Positions 42,515-54,859 of a stretch of 64,000 nt of DNA are shown piece after piece. Below the pieces are notes generated by a model, which saw nothing but the letters and a program-made list of their open reading frames with translations, was not told the origin of the DNA and made no database searches. A program made the position numbers and the translations under genes. How positions within the stretch are numbered: the first letter of the stretch is position 1; each line of letters opens with the position of its first letter. Source of the stretch: Chrysomallon squamiferum (Eukaryota; Animalia; Mollusca); contig CM022671.1 in NCBI GenBank assembly GCA_012295275.1, forward strand, positions 4,836,001-4,900,000, given 5' to 3'.

Positions 42515-42727
42515 TTCACTGGGACGGAAGACGTGTCAGATCTGTTTTCAGTTATTTTCGATCTTCAGGTACACAAGATAAGGAACCAACATCACGATTA
42601 TGAGTGAAATCAGCGATTAACCTTTCCAATTATCAATCTCTTAAAAATATTCTTCTTTTTCTTCTTCTTCTTCTTCTTCTTTTTTCCTCCTATAATTGTA
42701 ATTTATTATTATTATTACTATTATTAC

Positions 42728-42770
<43 letters not shown>

Positions 42771-42821
42771 TATTATTAATTAGTATTATTAGTATTAGTA
42801 TTAGTATTAGTATTAATTATT

Positions 42822-42853
<32 letters not shown>

Positions 42854-42909
42854 TTTTATTTATTTTATTTTATTTTATTTTATTTTATTTTATTTTATTT
42901 ATTTATTTA

Positions 42910-44028
42910 TTATTCCACTTCACCAATGTGTGTAATTTCTAGTTTTGATTCAGAATCCTTGATGTACTGATGCGAAGAGCTATCTCTGAGAGTAACGGTG
43001 GACTTGCTCTGAAGACTATGTCTACTTTTGCTTCTGGAAAGTCTGGAGTGTTGTTTGATGCTCTGTTTGGACTTCACGACTTCTGTGTCAATCACGACGT
43101 GTTTCTGTTCTGATTCAGATTTTTCCGGTTCCAGTGGGGAAATCGACGTAGGGCTGACCAGCAACCTAGCCGGGTTAGTGAAACATTCGCCGAAAAAATT
43201 CAGCGGAAAGATCGTGGTTTTGCACGCTATTTTCTTTTTCTTTAACGCAAGCTCCCTCTGCTGGTTTCGTTTATAATACTCGTTGAATGTAGCAGCTATC
43301 AAAGCTATGGGGATGGACAGAAAGATAACTCCGCACATTGCACACATAGTTCCAAATATATAACCGCAAGCCGTTTCGGGATAGAAGTCTCCATAACCAA
43401 CCGTTGTCATGGTTATGATGGACCAGTATATCGAAAGGGGAATGGTGTAAAATTTTCCATTGCTGTATTCACAGTAGTACTCGAGTGTACCGAAAATAGT
43501 TGACAAAATAAGAAAATACAAAAGTAACAAAATCAAATCCGCAGCACACTTCTGTATGGTAAGAAATATAATTTTTAACCCGTGGTATCGTTCTTGAAGA
43601 CGAAAAAGCCGCAGCAGTCGGAAGACCATTAAACAGTGGAGAATAAAATAAGACCAAAACACTCCACTTCGGCCGCTGTATTGGGGTCCTCTGAACCACA
43701 AATCAATAACAGATGTCCCCAAACCCGACGCGGTCGCTATCATGTCCACCCAGTTGAGAACGCTGAGGAAAAACCTTTTCTTTTTCTCGTGCACCAAAAA
43801 ACGAATGGTTATTTCAACGGTGAAGAAGATGACCATGATTTTCTCTATGATGAAGGGCTCGTCGAGGAGACGGTAGAAAGTGCGGTCCAATTTGGTGTTG
43901 TTGAAGTTCGATATGGCGGGATGGTCTTTGTCGAGCATTGTTTTCTTTGAATGCAAATCGGGCAACGAACTCAGTGTGAGAAGAAGTGATGACAGAAAAA
44001 CCACGGATAAATAGAAAGTATTCCAAAT
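42910..44028 (-). CDS. Kv-D exon 2: S1-S6, pore and extended Ser/Lys-rich C-tail
   Basis: Acceptor (T)nCTAG (AG at 44030-44029), then IWNTFYLSVVFLSS. S4 HCLMVFRLLRLFRLQER, pore TIPLSIYWSIITMTTVGYGDFYP, S6 MCGVIFLSIPIALIAATF, TAA ending at 42910. Confidence 0.95.
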   Translation of the reverse strand: MWNTFYLSVVFLSSLLLTLSSLPDLHSKKTMLDKDHPAISNFNNTKLDRTFYRLLDEPFIIEKIMVIFFTVEITIRFLVHEKKKRFFLSVLNWVDMIATASGLGTSVIDLWFRGPQYSGRSGVFWSYFILHCLMVFRLLRLFRLQERYHGLKIIFLTIQKCAADLILLLLYFLILSTIFGTLEYYCEYSNGKFYTIPLSIYWSIITMTTVGYGDFYPETACGYIFGTMCAMCGVIFLSIPIALIAATFNEYYKRNQQRELALKKKKIACKTTIFPLNFFGECFTNPARLLVSPTSISPLEPEKSESEQKHVVIDTEVVKSKQSIKQHSRLSRSKSRHSLQSKSTVTLRDSSSHQYIKDSESKLEITHIGEVE

Positions 44029-44085
44029 CTAGAAAAAAAAAAAAAAAAAAGAAAATTCGTTATAGAATATGAATTCACACACACA

Positions 44086-44124
<39 letters not shown>

Positions 44125-44502
44125 ACACATGTACATATAGAAATATATATATATATACACATACACAGAGGTACGTATACTTACATGCACAGGCACACAT
44201 ACATATACACAGACACACACACACATATAAACACACACATAAATACATATATATGCATATAAACACACATAGATACACATATACATAGATACACATCAAT
44301 ACATATATACATGCAGAACACATACACACGAAAACACGCATGCACACAGAGACACACATATACACATAAAAACATACATACATGCATACTCACACGAACA
44401 AGCATACATAATCACATATATTTGTATACATCACAGAAAGAAATGACAATAATGGCTGATACGGATCTAAACAGAACTATATACCTATTTTGTTTAACCT
44501 AC

Positions 44503-44970
44503 CTTAGCTGCCTTACAAGAGTTAGGTTTTTCAAGAATAAGATAAAGTTTGTGACGAACGTAACATAAGCGATCAGTTTCATACTTCACAGGATGCTGTG
44601 TGGATTCAATTTGTACCGTCTGCTTCAGATTGTTGTAAAGAAATTCATCTTGGTCCACCTGGTGCATAACTCTCCAACAACATTCCGAAACGAGCGATTC
44701 GGATATCTGCCAAAACCGCAGTTCTGTTCTTATAGCATTTCCGCATATTCCCGCCGGCAGATGCAGTTCTGACGTGCGGTAGTAACTGAGAATGGACGGA
44801 AATACCTGTGGATCTCTGTCAAAAACAAATTCATCAGCCGTACTGTCGTAAAATTCCGATGTTTGATCAAGAGATGCCAGCAACGTATTTGGATGCGTCC
44901 TGAGAGTTTCTGGTCTCGTCGCGAAACGAATTCCTCCAACAACAATTTTAATCATCCGGTGTTGTGACAT
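44503..44970 (-). CDS. Kv-D exon 1: T1 domain
   Basis: MSQHRMIKIVVGGIRFATRPETLRTHPNTLLA...FVFDRDPQVFPSILSYYRTSELHLPAGICGNAIRTELRFWQISESLVSECCW...LEKPNSCKAAK. Donor GTAGGT at 44502. About 528 aa in total. Confidence 0.93.
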
Positions 44971-46222
44971 GATCCTGCTTGGCTTTTTTTTTTTCTTCTT
45001 CTTCTTCTTCTTGTTAGTTTTTCACTTATTATGTTGATCTTTTATGGATTTCTCTTTACTAAGGAATTTTACAAAACATCAGATGCGAGAAACTGGCATC
45101 TGAAGATGTTGATATATAGCTGTGACAGATTTGAAGCTATTCATTTTTAAGTCGTGTTTATTCTCCGAAGAAAATAACTAATATTTTCAATATAAAAATA
45201 CTGACTATAAAAAGCATGGCTTTGCAAAGCACTCTTAAACTTCTGTCAGACGACGCACATGTTTAAATGTAGTTACGTCATAGGCATCATTTCTGACGTC
45301 AAGAAACCATTAAAAGATGGTTAATTTTTTAAAGTATAATTCTATTATTACATAATTGTTTTAAATATTATGAACCATGAAGCTTTAATACGAACAGCGA
45401 ACACAGAATGTCGTGCACAGTTCTGAAACCGGAACTCTCACGAAGACCATGTTTCTCTTTTAGGTCAAAACCAGTTTTTGCGCATCTCCATTTTAAGAAT
45501 TATCTGAAACCAAGCAACTAATCAAAATTTAAACTATATTAAATCTAGTCTCTGTTTCCACAAACTTAATGATAAAACCTTAACGATTTCAGTAAATAAT
45601 AAATATTTTATATATGTCGTCCGTATGTAAATATATATGACGTAGTACTCATATATGGCTTATTCCGTTGCTTCCGGTCCAAAAAATACTATCTTCCTTC
45701 CATTCCTGTGGTTTTAAAAACTGGCTGAATCGGTTTAGTAATTCTGAACATTTGTAAAAGTATTTCACACAGAACTAAAGCAATCCGATTTTTTAATCAA
45801 AATCATCTTTATACAAATTACATTTTTTTATTTATTTATATATATATATTTTTGTTGTTGTTGTGTTTAAACGAAGCATCTAAAATTATCAATATTCAGA
45901 TATTTCCCCAAGCAGAGTCGGATTAAGCAACTGCGGGGCCCGTAGCATCGTTCCCAGGGAATGGGCAAGATACACACACACACACATACACACACACACA
46001 TACACATACACATACACACACATACATGCATACATACACACACACAGACACACACTCGCCTATATTAATATTACTGATAATTATAATAATAATAATAATT
46101 AAAAAAATAGCAACACACATTGAAAAATAATTATTATTTATTATTCTTATCAGTTTTTTTATGAAACAGATGTACCAAAAAACAAAACAGAAATAAATAG
46201 ATTATAAAGCAAGCCTTTTATT

Positions 46223-46266
<44 letters not shown>

Positions 46267-46753
46267 ATGATTATTTTTAATAGCGTTTTATGGAAATCTC
46301 CATGACAGATGAAAATAGTCGAATGACTATGACGTCAGTAAAGAGCGTACGTCAATAATGAGAAATTGTCAAATAAATAATTATACGCTTGCCCCAATTC
46401 ATATATTCAAAGGTATGACACTACTTTATACTTTTTAATAATATTTTATAGATTATACATAACAAATTTTGGTACATCTAGAAGTCTCTGATTTGTTGAG
46501 ATTTTTGTGTTAAGAAAGAATCAAATTCGAAACTGCCAACACTAATAAAATACGTCACAATATATTTAAACATTTGGAGGTATTACGTTCGTGTTAAATT
46601 TTTAATCTAAGGGCGACAACTTATTTCTGCATATTTATGCTATGCTAAGCAAGAGTTATGTCACTTTAATCGCCTCGGGTCATTAAAAATTTAATAAAAA
46701 CAACAATAACAACAAAAAAAATAAATATCTTAAACTCTTTATCTAAATAAAGA

Positions 46754-46838
46754 TCATTTGAATTTTTTGTTATCAACAAATTTCCAGATCTTTGGACGTG
46801 AAAAATCCGGACTTCTTTTCTTACATGTCCAAAACCAG
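46754..46838 (-). CDS. Group III secreted phospholipase A2, exon 5 (terminal)
   Basis: Acceptor TTCTTTTCAG. The phase-2 join GG+C gives G-WFWTCKKRSPDFSRPKIWKFVDNKKFK*, which supplies the 10th Cys and a W..V..KKF ending like bee-venom-type PLA2. Confidence 0.8.
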
Positions 46839-46988
46839 CTGAAAAGAACAATTATTTGTTTCTTACTAAATATAAAGACATAGACAGTGAGAAACACACA
46901 CACATACTCACAAAACACAATAAAAATAACAATTGTTATTATTATTATTATTATTATCGTCATCATCATCATCATTCTTCTTCTTCTT

Positions 46989-47019
<31 letters not shown>

Positions 47020-47200
47020 TTATTTTATTTTTTTATTATTATTTATTTTTTTTTTTTTTTTTTTTTTTTGTTTGTTTATTTTTTTTTTATTATTAAATTA
47101 TTTTTTTTTTTTTTTTATTATTTTTTTTTTTTTTTTTTTTTTGATTGATGCTAAAACACATCTAGAAAATATAAAATAAATAAAAATATTAATCTTTTAC

Positions 47201-47347
47201 CCTTTTCGCGTACAGACGGACGGATAATCCTTAGTGAGACATTTCATATTTAGGATGTTGAAGTAGATTTGTCCTAAGTAATTGGCCACTTTATGTTTAG
47301 CGTTCTTCAGACACGTGTAAAAACGACTGTCGCATGCACAGCTACTT
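47201..47347 (-). CDS. Group III sPLA2 exon 4
   Basis: Acceptor CTTCCAG, then (R)SSCACDSRFYTCLKNAKHKVANYLGQIYFNILNMKCLTKDYPSVCTRK+GG, donor GTAAAA. Contains the CxCD..F..CL and G..YFN group III motifs. Confidence 0.9.
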
Positions 47348-47509
47348 CTGGAAGTTTAAGAATACAAATCAAGAAAAATGATGATGATGATCATCATCAT
47401 CATCATCGTGATATAGAAAAACAAATAAAAAGACAGCTACTGCATTGAAATAAAGATATACACGGTACATTTTTATACACGTAGAATGAGATGTCATTGT
47501 TATTGTTGC

Positions 47510-47554
<45 letters not shown>

Positions 47555-47568
47555 AAATACTTCTACTA

Positions 47569-47608
<40 letters not shown>

Positions 47609-47864
47609 TGCTATTATTTAATATATTGTTGTTAATATCGTTATCATCATCTTCGTCGTCTCCATCATCATCACAATCATCATCATCATCATCAACATCA
47701 TCATCATTATTATTATCATTATTATTACTACTATAATTATTATTATTATTATTATTACTAATATTATTATTATTACTACTACTACTACTACTGCTACTGC
47801 TACTGCTACTACTACTGCTACTACTATTATTATTATACACCTCTGTTGTAAAATCTAGCCTAAC

Positions 47865-48024
47865 CTGTAAAATGGTGACGCATTAAAAAGTCCGTATTTT
47901 CGAGTCCACCCATCAATGCCGCCGCCGCAGTAGTCGTGGTCTCGACAGCATCGGTCAGCCTCGACGTAGCGTCCGAGGTCGTCTCTGCTGGTAGCGATCT
48001 TCCCAACACCGCACCACTTGGTTC
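47865..48024 (-). CDS. Group III sPLA2 exon 3 (Ca2+ loop and catalytic His-Asp)
   Basis: (G)TKWCGVGKIATSRDDLGRYVEADRCCRDHDYCGGGIDGWTRKYGLFNASPFY+AG, with acceptor CACAG and donor GTTAGG. Confidence 0.93.
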
Positions 48025-48125
48025 CTGTGTGAATGTAGTCCAGCGTCAACATAGTCATATTCATTTTGTTTGTGCACTTATTATTATTATTATTATTATT
48101 GTTATTATTATTATTATTTATTATT

Positions 48126-48164
<39 letters not shown>

Positions 48165-48189
48165 ATTATTATTATTATTTTATATCTAA

Positions 48190-48234
<45 letters not shown>

Positions 48235-48559
48235 GGAGGTGTGTTGGTACGCATGCATGTTTGTATATGTGTACGTATTACTGTTACCTTTTTTCTATTC
48301 TTGATACTCTCCTTTGTTAATAATTAAACAAACAAAAAAACACTGAGTGAAAAAAGTCATATGACAATTTTCCCCTCTTGCTACTAAATGATACTATAGT
48401 ATTACCATTAATTATAATTATTCCGCTCATATTAACGCTATCTTTTGTTTGCTACTTGTTTATTAAAGTTTTTAACAGATATTCGAATATTGTAAAGGAG
48501 TAAAAATTACAAGAAAACCTAGGGAATGTCTGAGTTCACAATGACGTAATCAATTTAAC

Positions 48560-48708
48560 CTGGATATATGAAAAAGGAGCGCTTCTTTCGATGCTTTTTA
48601 TAGCTCTCTAAAATGACGTCATGATCTAATTGCGATTCGTGACAAGACGTCACCTTCATTTTCACTACGTCATCATCCACAACTTGAAGGTTTTTCTCAC
48701 TGAAGAAC
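48560..48708 (-). CDS. Group III sPLA2 exon 2 (propeptide, RKKR processing site, start of mature enzyme)
   Basis: Acceptor TTCTGTTTCCAG, then FFSEKNLQVVDDDVVKMKVTSCHESQLDHDVILESYKKHRKKRSFFIYP+G, donor GT at 48559. Splicing restores the IYPGTKWCG signature. Confidence 0.88.
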
Positions 48709-48839
48709 CTGGAAACAGAAATAATAATAATAATAATAATAATAATAATTACTTCAGTTTATTTACTGTTCACAAAAAAGGCAACAAATATATGCACTGA
48801 TCAGAGAGAGAGAGAGAGAGAAATAAGAGAGATATAAAT

Positions 48840-48928
48840 AAAGGAAATTCAATACCATCATTTCTGGATAGGGTTCTATAAAACAAAGGAAATTCAATAT
48901 CGTCATTTCTGGATAGGGTTCGATAAAA
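48840..48928. repeat. 45-bp near-perfect tandem duplication
   Basis: AAAGGAAATTCAATA(CCA/TCG)TCATTTCTGGATAGGGTT(CT/CG)ATAAAA occurs twice. Confidence 0.9.
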
Positions 48929-49324
48929 GGCTCAACTCAATTCTGCGTAATATTAATTATATCTCTTTATAAAAAGCAGTAAATAGCATTTGTTTTAACA
49001 AGCTGGTAAGACTGGTAAAAGTATCTGCTATGATTAAACAATGAAAAATCAGATTTCTCAAAACAATGGTAAACAATTAACCTTACACTGGCCGGTCAGA
49101 GTCAACCAAAGGGCAGTATGTGGCCCTGGGTGTGTGGGGGGGGGCTGTAAAATGCCCAGGTTTGGTCTAGGGGGTCAAAAGCGGTAACAGGAAGAGAAAC
49201 TGGAACCGATCAGGAACAAACCAAACACAGAGGCGAAATGAATTTTATCGAGAATCAGAAATGTCGGAAAATGGCGAACAAATTATTACCTTTAAACAGA
49301 GAAAATTCATTACTGATAATATTT

Positions 49325-49357
<33 letters not shown>

Positions 49358-49659
49358 TTTTGAGGATCGATGATTGATGGATCATGAATTAACTGACCAG
49401 ACCAGTGACCTAAAACTTTTGCCGATTATTAACTACACATTTAACGCGGACATTTCCGCATTCACCAAATGACTGAAGCTGTAGGGATGACAAAAACATC
49501 TGTACACCGGAAGTACATTAAATACTAAGTCGACAGATATTAATTTATTTATCCTGTGCTTTACACAAATCGCTGGGGTGGACAAATACACGTGTTTGTA
49601 TGTGCAGGTGAAATGAGTACATATCTGTGAATGGCTATATGTAAATATGATTATAAAGT

Positions 49660-50409
49660 TGTTATAAATAAGTGTGCATCGGTCGAAACTAATTGTGTAC
49701 TATAATTTATGTTATAAAATTTCCACCCTAAATCAGAAGTAGTCAATGACTTTATTATCATAAACTGTAGGATTACCATACAGAGAAGAATGCATTACAG
49801 ATATGTCATGACAGTTAAAACGCACATCGTGAACACACGAGTAAATACGATAGTAGTATAATTATAAACGAGTACGCATCGGTCATCTATAATTACTGTA
49901 ATAAAAATTTACGTTATAAAATTTCCACGCTAAATCAGAAACGACTTTAACACCATAAACTACAGGATTTCAATACAGAGAGGAATGCATTACATATACA
50001 GCGCGGGGGGGGTGGGGTGTGTGCAAAAGTAGGTATACAGTAGTATCACATCAGTGAATTTAATAACACATTAAATTAGTTGGACTCATTTTTCTTATTT
50101 TGAGTGTCATTAACCATATTTTATTTAAATTAATAAAAATGCATGTATTTTTATATTAGCTTTTTTATTTGAATAATAAATGTTTTCTTTTAATAGCTGT
50201 ATATCTACTTTTGCACACTCACACACACCCCTGTATCTGTAATGCATTCTTCTGTGTATTGAAATCCTGTAGTTTATGTTATTAAAGTCACTTCTGATTT
50301 AGGGTGTGATTATTTTATAACATAAATTATAGTAATTATAGATGACCGATGCGTACTCGTTTATAAGTATACTGTTATCGTATTTACACGTGCAATCATG
50401 ACATATCTG
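49660..50409. repeat. Foldback structure: ~210-240-bp inverted arms (49797-50040 / 50197-50409) plus an older direct copy at ~49660-49810
   Basis: TTATAAACGAGTACGCATCGGTCATCTATAATTACT at ~49862 has its exact reverse complement at ~50331-50366. The arms stay colinear through TAAATCAGAA, CATAAACTACAGGATTTCAATAC, GAATGCATTAC and GTGCAAAAGTAG.TATACAG. Confidence 0.9.
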
Positions 50410-50747
50410 ATTAGACGATTTTGTTCATAATAGATTAACAATAGCTTAAAATTTGAAATGGTGATTTACACAGAAATCCGGATTAGCTCAAGGCTACGTA
50501 TATATATTTTTGCCTTTTCTCATAATTTATTGATTTGCGATCAGCTAATTTGGAAGAGATTAAATATTAATAATTTTATTATTTGAAAACTAGACATTAA
50601 ATCAGCGGTCATTAATCGTTCGCGTCTGAATCATGAAAGGTTCGTCGCTTTCCTGCGCCTTGGGACATCGCCATGAAACTTGAACTGAAATAATAATAAC
50701 AGGGCCATTTATGACCCACGAAAAGAATGCTGAACAAATTGTTGTAT

Positions 50748-50847
<100 letters not shown>

Positions 50848-51106
50848 CATTTTACCAAATGGTTTTTGTCAAATGAGTGAACTGCAGTTGAAATGGGTCA
50901 GTGTGTTTTACTCGATGTAATCAAATGTACAAATGTACATTATATACATCTCACAGAGATAACAAAGCAACAAAGACATTTATTATTATTGTAATATAGA
51001 ATAAACAACAACAACAATAATAATAATAGTAATAAAAATAAGAAGAAGAAGAAGAAGAAGAAGAAGAAATTAATGTAAATATCCACAGAGCTAATATAAT
51101 CTGATA

Positions 51107-51862
51107 CAGTGGTAAGGACACACCAGAGACCCAACAAAAGTGTCCCTACATTGCAGGTGTCAGACAATTTTTTAAAAACATATTTACGATCTTTATTCAC
51201 ATCCGTCACACCAGGACTCGAAACATACATAAATCGTCGTGGCTGGGCGTTGCCTTAGCAACCATCACAGCTTCCTCCTAATATATCGAGTTGATTGATG
51301 GATGTAAATAAAATTCATTTTTTTTATGTCATAAAACTCATAATAAATATAATATACAGTTATACTTAGAAAAATAAAATAAAATAAAATACTGCGTTTG
51401 AAATACGTCACAGCCTAGATTATGTCGGCTGCACCAATTTTTGACCTCGAAAAGTTCGCTAAGACGCGGTGTTTGTAAAACTGTAATATTTACTGAATGA
51501 CGATGAATGATTTAATTATAAAAAAAAAAATATGTTCAAAAATAGGTTGAACTCGCACGATTTAGCGGGCCAGCCTTTAGCGATTGCAGTTTGCTGTTTC
51601 TTGTGATCCGATAAAAAAAAAAAAAAAATAAAAAAAATCCCAGCATGCACTGTGCAGCGCGGGAAATGGGCGACGCCATCTTTAAAAATACTGCATAAAG
51701 ATGCAGTACAATAAAATTATTTATTCTAAGAAAATTTTAAATATATGTCCGCGTCCGCGTTCAGCAGGTGTCCGCTGATCCAAGGGATATATCTACTGAA
51801 AAACAATCGGGACTCGAAAAAGTGTCCGTACAGTTCAGGGCCGTTAAAGACAGATACCACTG
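51107..51862. mobile_element. Putative non-autonomous Tc1/mariner-pogo MITE
   Basis: Termini TA|CAGTGGTA ... TACCACTG|TA. Subterminal related blocks GAGACCCAACAAAAGTGTCCCTACATTGCAGG and GGGACTCGAAAAAGTGTCCGTACAGTTCAGG. No transposase. Confidence 0.5.
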
Positions 51863-51906
51863 TATTAGATTATTTTTCGAAAAAAAATCAGTTTCATGAT
51901 ATTTTC

Positions 51907-51955
<49 letters not shown>

Positions 51956-52070
51956 GTAGTAGTAATAGTATTAATGGTAGCAACAGAAGTAATAATAGTT
52001 GTCATATTAGTAAAATTAGTAATAGTAGAAGTAGTAGTGGTAGTAGTACAAGATATTCTCTGTAATAATA

Positions 52071-52129
<59 letters not shown>

Positions 52130-52785
52130 TAATAATAATAATAATAATGATAATAATAACAAATATAATAATAATAATTCAAATATCCTACACAGACTAA
52201 GTGACAGACATAAAAACGTGGTAAAAACGAATTATTCAGCAACGGCGAAGCTATTTTGTTGACGTACTACAGCAGTGGTTTTAGAGAAATAAGACGACAA
52301 TATCAGCTGCATCTTCAACCGTGGTAGTAGTAGTAGTAGGCGGAGGAGTAGTAGTAATAATGTTCTAGTAGTAGCACTAGTAATACATTTAGTAGCAACT
52401 AAAGTAGTAGTAGTAGTAGTAGTAATAAAGTTAGTACAGTAGAAGTACTAGTACAAATAGTATACAAAACAGTATTAGAAGTTAAAACAAGAAAAGTAGC
52501 TGCAGTCGTAGTTGGTGTGGATGTAGTAGTAGCAGTAGTTCTAGTAGTAGTACTATAATAGTAATAGTAGTTGTAGAAGTTGTAGTTATAGTAGTTAGAG
52601 CAGGGATAATCCTAGTTACGTAGTAACAGATCTAATTGTTTTAATAATAACAACACTTTGATGACGTTGATGATGATAACCAAATTATTTATAATAATAA
52701 CAATAATAACAACAACAACAACAACAATAACAACAACCACAACAACAGCAATAACAACAGCAGCCTCATCTTTGAAACGTCTTAC

Positions 52786-52952
52786 CTTTTATCGTAGACA
52801 AAACATTCCTCTAACTTTCCGTCACCTCTCCATATTTCTTCCACTACAACGTGGCCGTTGGTGACGACAGACCTCGTCAACGTAGCTGTCGATTCCAAAC
52901 AAACATTCAGTACAAACGTACAAAGGACACAGAGAGTACACCGTCGTGTCAT
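52786..52952 (-). CDS. Group III sPLA2 exon 1 (signal peptide and start of propeptide)
   Basis: MTRRCTLCVLCTFVLNVCLESTA-TLTRSVVTNGHVVVEEIWRGDGKLEECFVYDK+AG, strong donor GTAAGA. Phase 2 matches exon 2 (AG+G=R). The five exons total 708 nt, or 235 aa. Confidence 0.75.
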
Positions 52953-53164
52953 CTCGTTTTCTTTCCTTGTACAAACTCTCGATGTGATCATGTGCAGCCT
53001 TATTTACATAATATATTTTTAGTAACGTGACAGTCGTTATACAGGTAAAACAATTATATATATATATTTCCAAGAAACCAATAGAAATACGATTGTGTCT
53101 TTTAACAGTATTTTCCTATTGCATAAATAGATAGATAGATAGATAGACAGACAGACATACAGAA

Positions 53165-53195
<31 letters not shown>

Positions 53196-53471
53196 TAGAT
53201 AGATAGATAGATAGACAGATAGATAGATTGTTAGATAGATAGATAGATAGATAGGTAGATAGAGAGATAGATAGAGATACATATACACATATATATACAT
53301 ACTGTCATAATTCATAATAACAGGTCTGAGACAGAAAACATTATTTTATTTACAAAGTGAATTTCATTGATGGATTCGTTGAGAATTAAATTTATATATT
53401 GTGATTTTCTTGTTTTTTTTATTACCTTTTTTTTTTCTCTTCTCTCTCTCTCTCATTCTTTCTCTCTCTCA

Positions 53472-53533
<62 letters not shown>

Positions 53534-53677
53534 CTTCATATCTAAAACATCCAGACATGCAGAAAAACAGTCAAAAAATATATATATACATATTGTATAT
53601 TTCCCACCCACCAAGGTTTTGTTTCTTTGATTTTATTAATCAGTTTTCTGTCCTTTAACTATCTGCCAATCTATCTA

Positions 53678-53710
<33 letters not shown>

Positions 53711-53789
53711 GTATATATTTATATATCTGTTTATATATATGTGTGAGTGTCTGTATGTGTGTAAGTATTTTGAGTCTGTGTATGCACAC

Positions 53790-53836
<47 letters not shown>

Positions 53837-54408
53837 TATTCTTATCAAGGCTAACTTATTCTAGACAAGTTTTGATGACTAAGCAAATTATTAATTTTAC
53901 ATCCTGAAGCTATCTGCATATTTCTCTCCTGTCACGTTTTATACATTTTTTTCTATGATTCTGTGATCACATTAATTGTAGGCGTGTTTTGATGCGTCTG
54001 TTTGCTATCACCGAAACTGGTTTCATTGAAGAGTTAGCCTAGTAATTTAAAATGTGATTTCTTTTTTTTGTGACATATATGTTTATGTATGTATATACGT
54101 ATATGTATGGATGTATGAATGGATATATGGGTGGATGTATGAATGTATGGAATGGATGTAAGGATGATTGTATTGATGGATGTATGGATGGATGGATGGA
54201 TGGATGGATGGATGTATGGATGGATGTATGGATGGATGGATGGATGGATGGATGGATTTATTTATTATTTTTTATTATTATTATTTAATTTTGTTAGGGG
54301 TGATGGGACGTTTTGTAATTGTTTTATTTATATAATCGTTTTTTCTTTCTTTTACTAATTGTCTTTTGACGTTTTATATCTATAATAATAATAATAATAA
54401 TAATAATA

Positions 54409-54458
<50 letters not shown>

Positions 54459-54859
54459 CATTATTATTACATTTTTTTCCTTAAATTGCCTATTAGCAAT
54501 AAGAGCATCTTTCTGTGGGTGTGTGTCAAGCGTGCGTGTGCGTGTGGACAATACTGATTAAGCAAAGAATGAAAAAGGGCGAGGTTAAACTGATAGCTAT
54601 TAAAATAATTCAATAATAGGAAAGAATGAAAAAAGATAGGCGAGGTTAAAAACAGTCTCATTTATTTTATATATAGATGTCAAATTTTTTTTTTTTTAAA
54701 GGTTTCTAATTTACATATGTCTTTCAGTTTAAACTTTTCCTTTCAAATTTGAATATTTTGCATATTCAATCGAGCTGAATGAATTTACTCCTGTTACTGA
54801 TAATTTTGTTTTTGTCAAACGGAACAAATTCCATAACGAAAAGTTAAGTTTGAAATATA

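Noticed and set aside
50602-50684. Possible extra PLA2 exon after a TTTCAG acceptor in intron 1
   Set aside because: The phase required by exon 1 hits a stop with no donor site, and exons 1 and 2 already join in frame.
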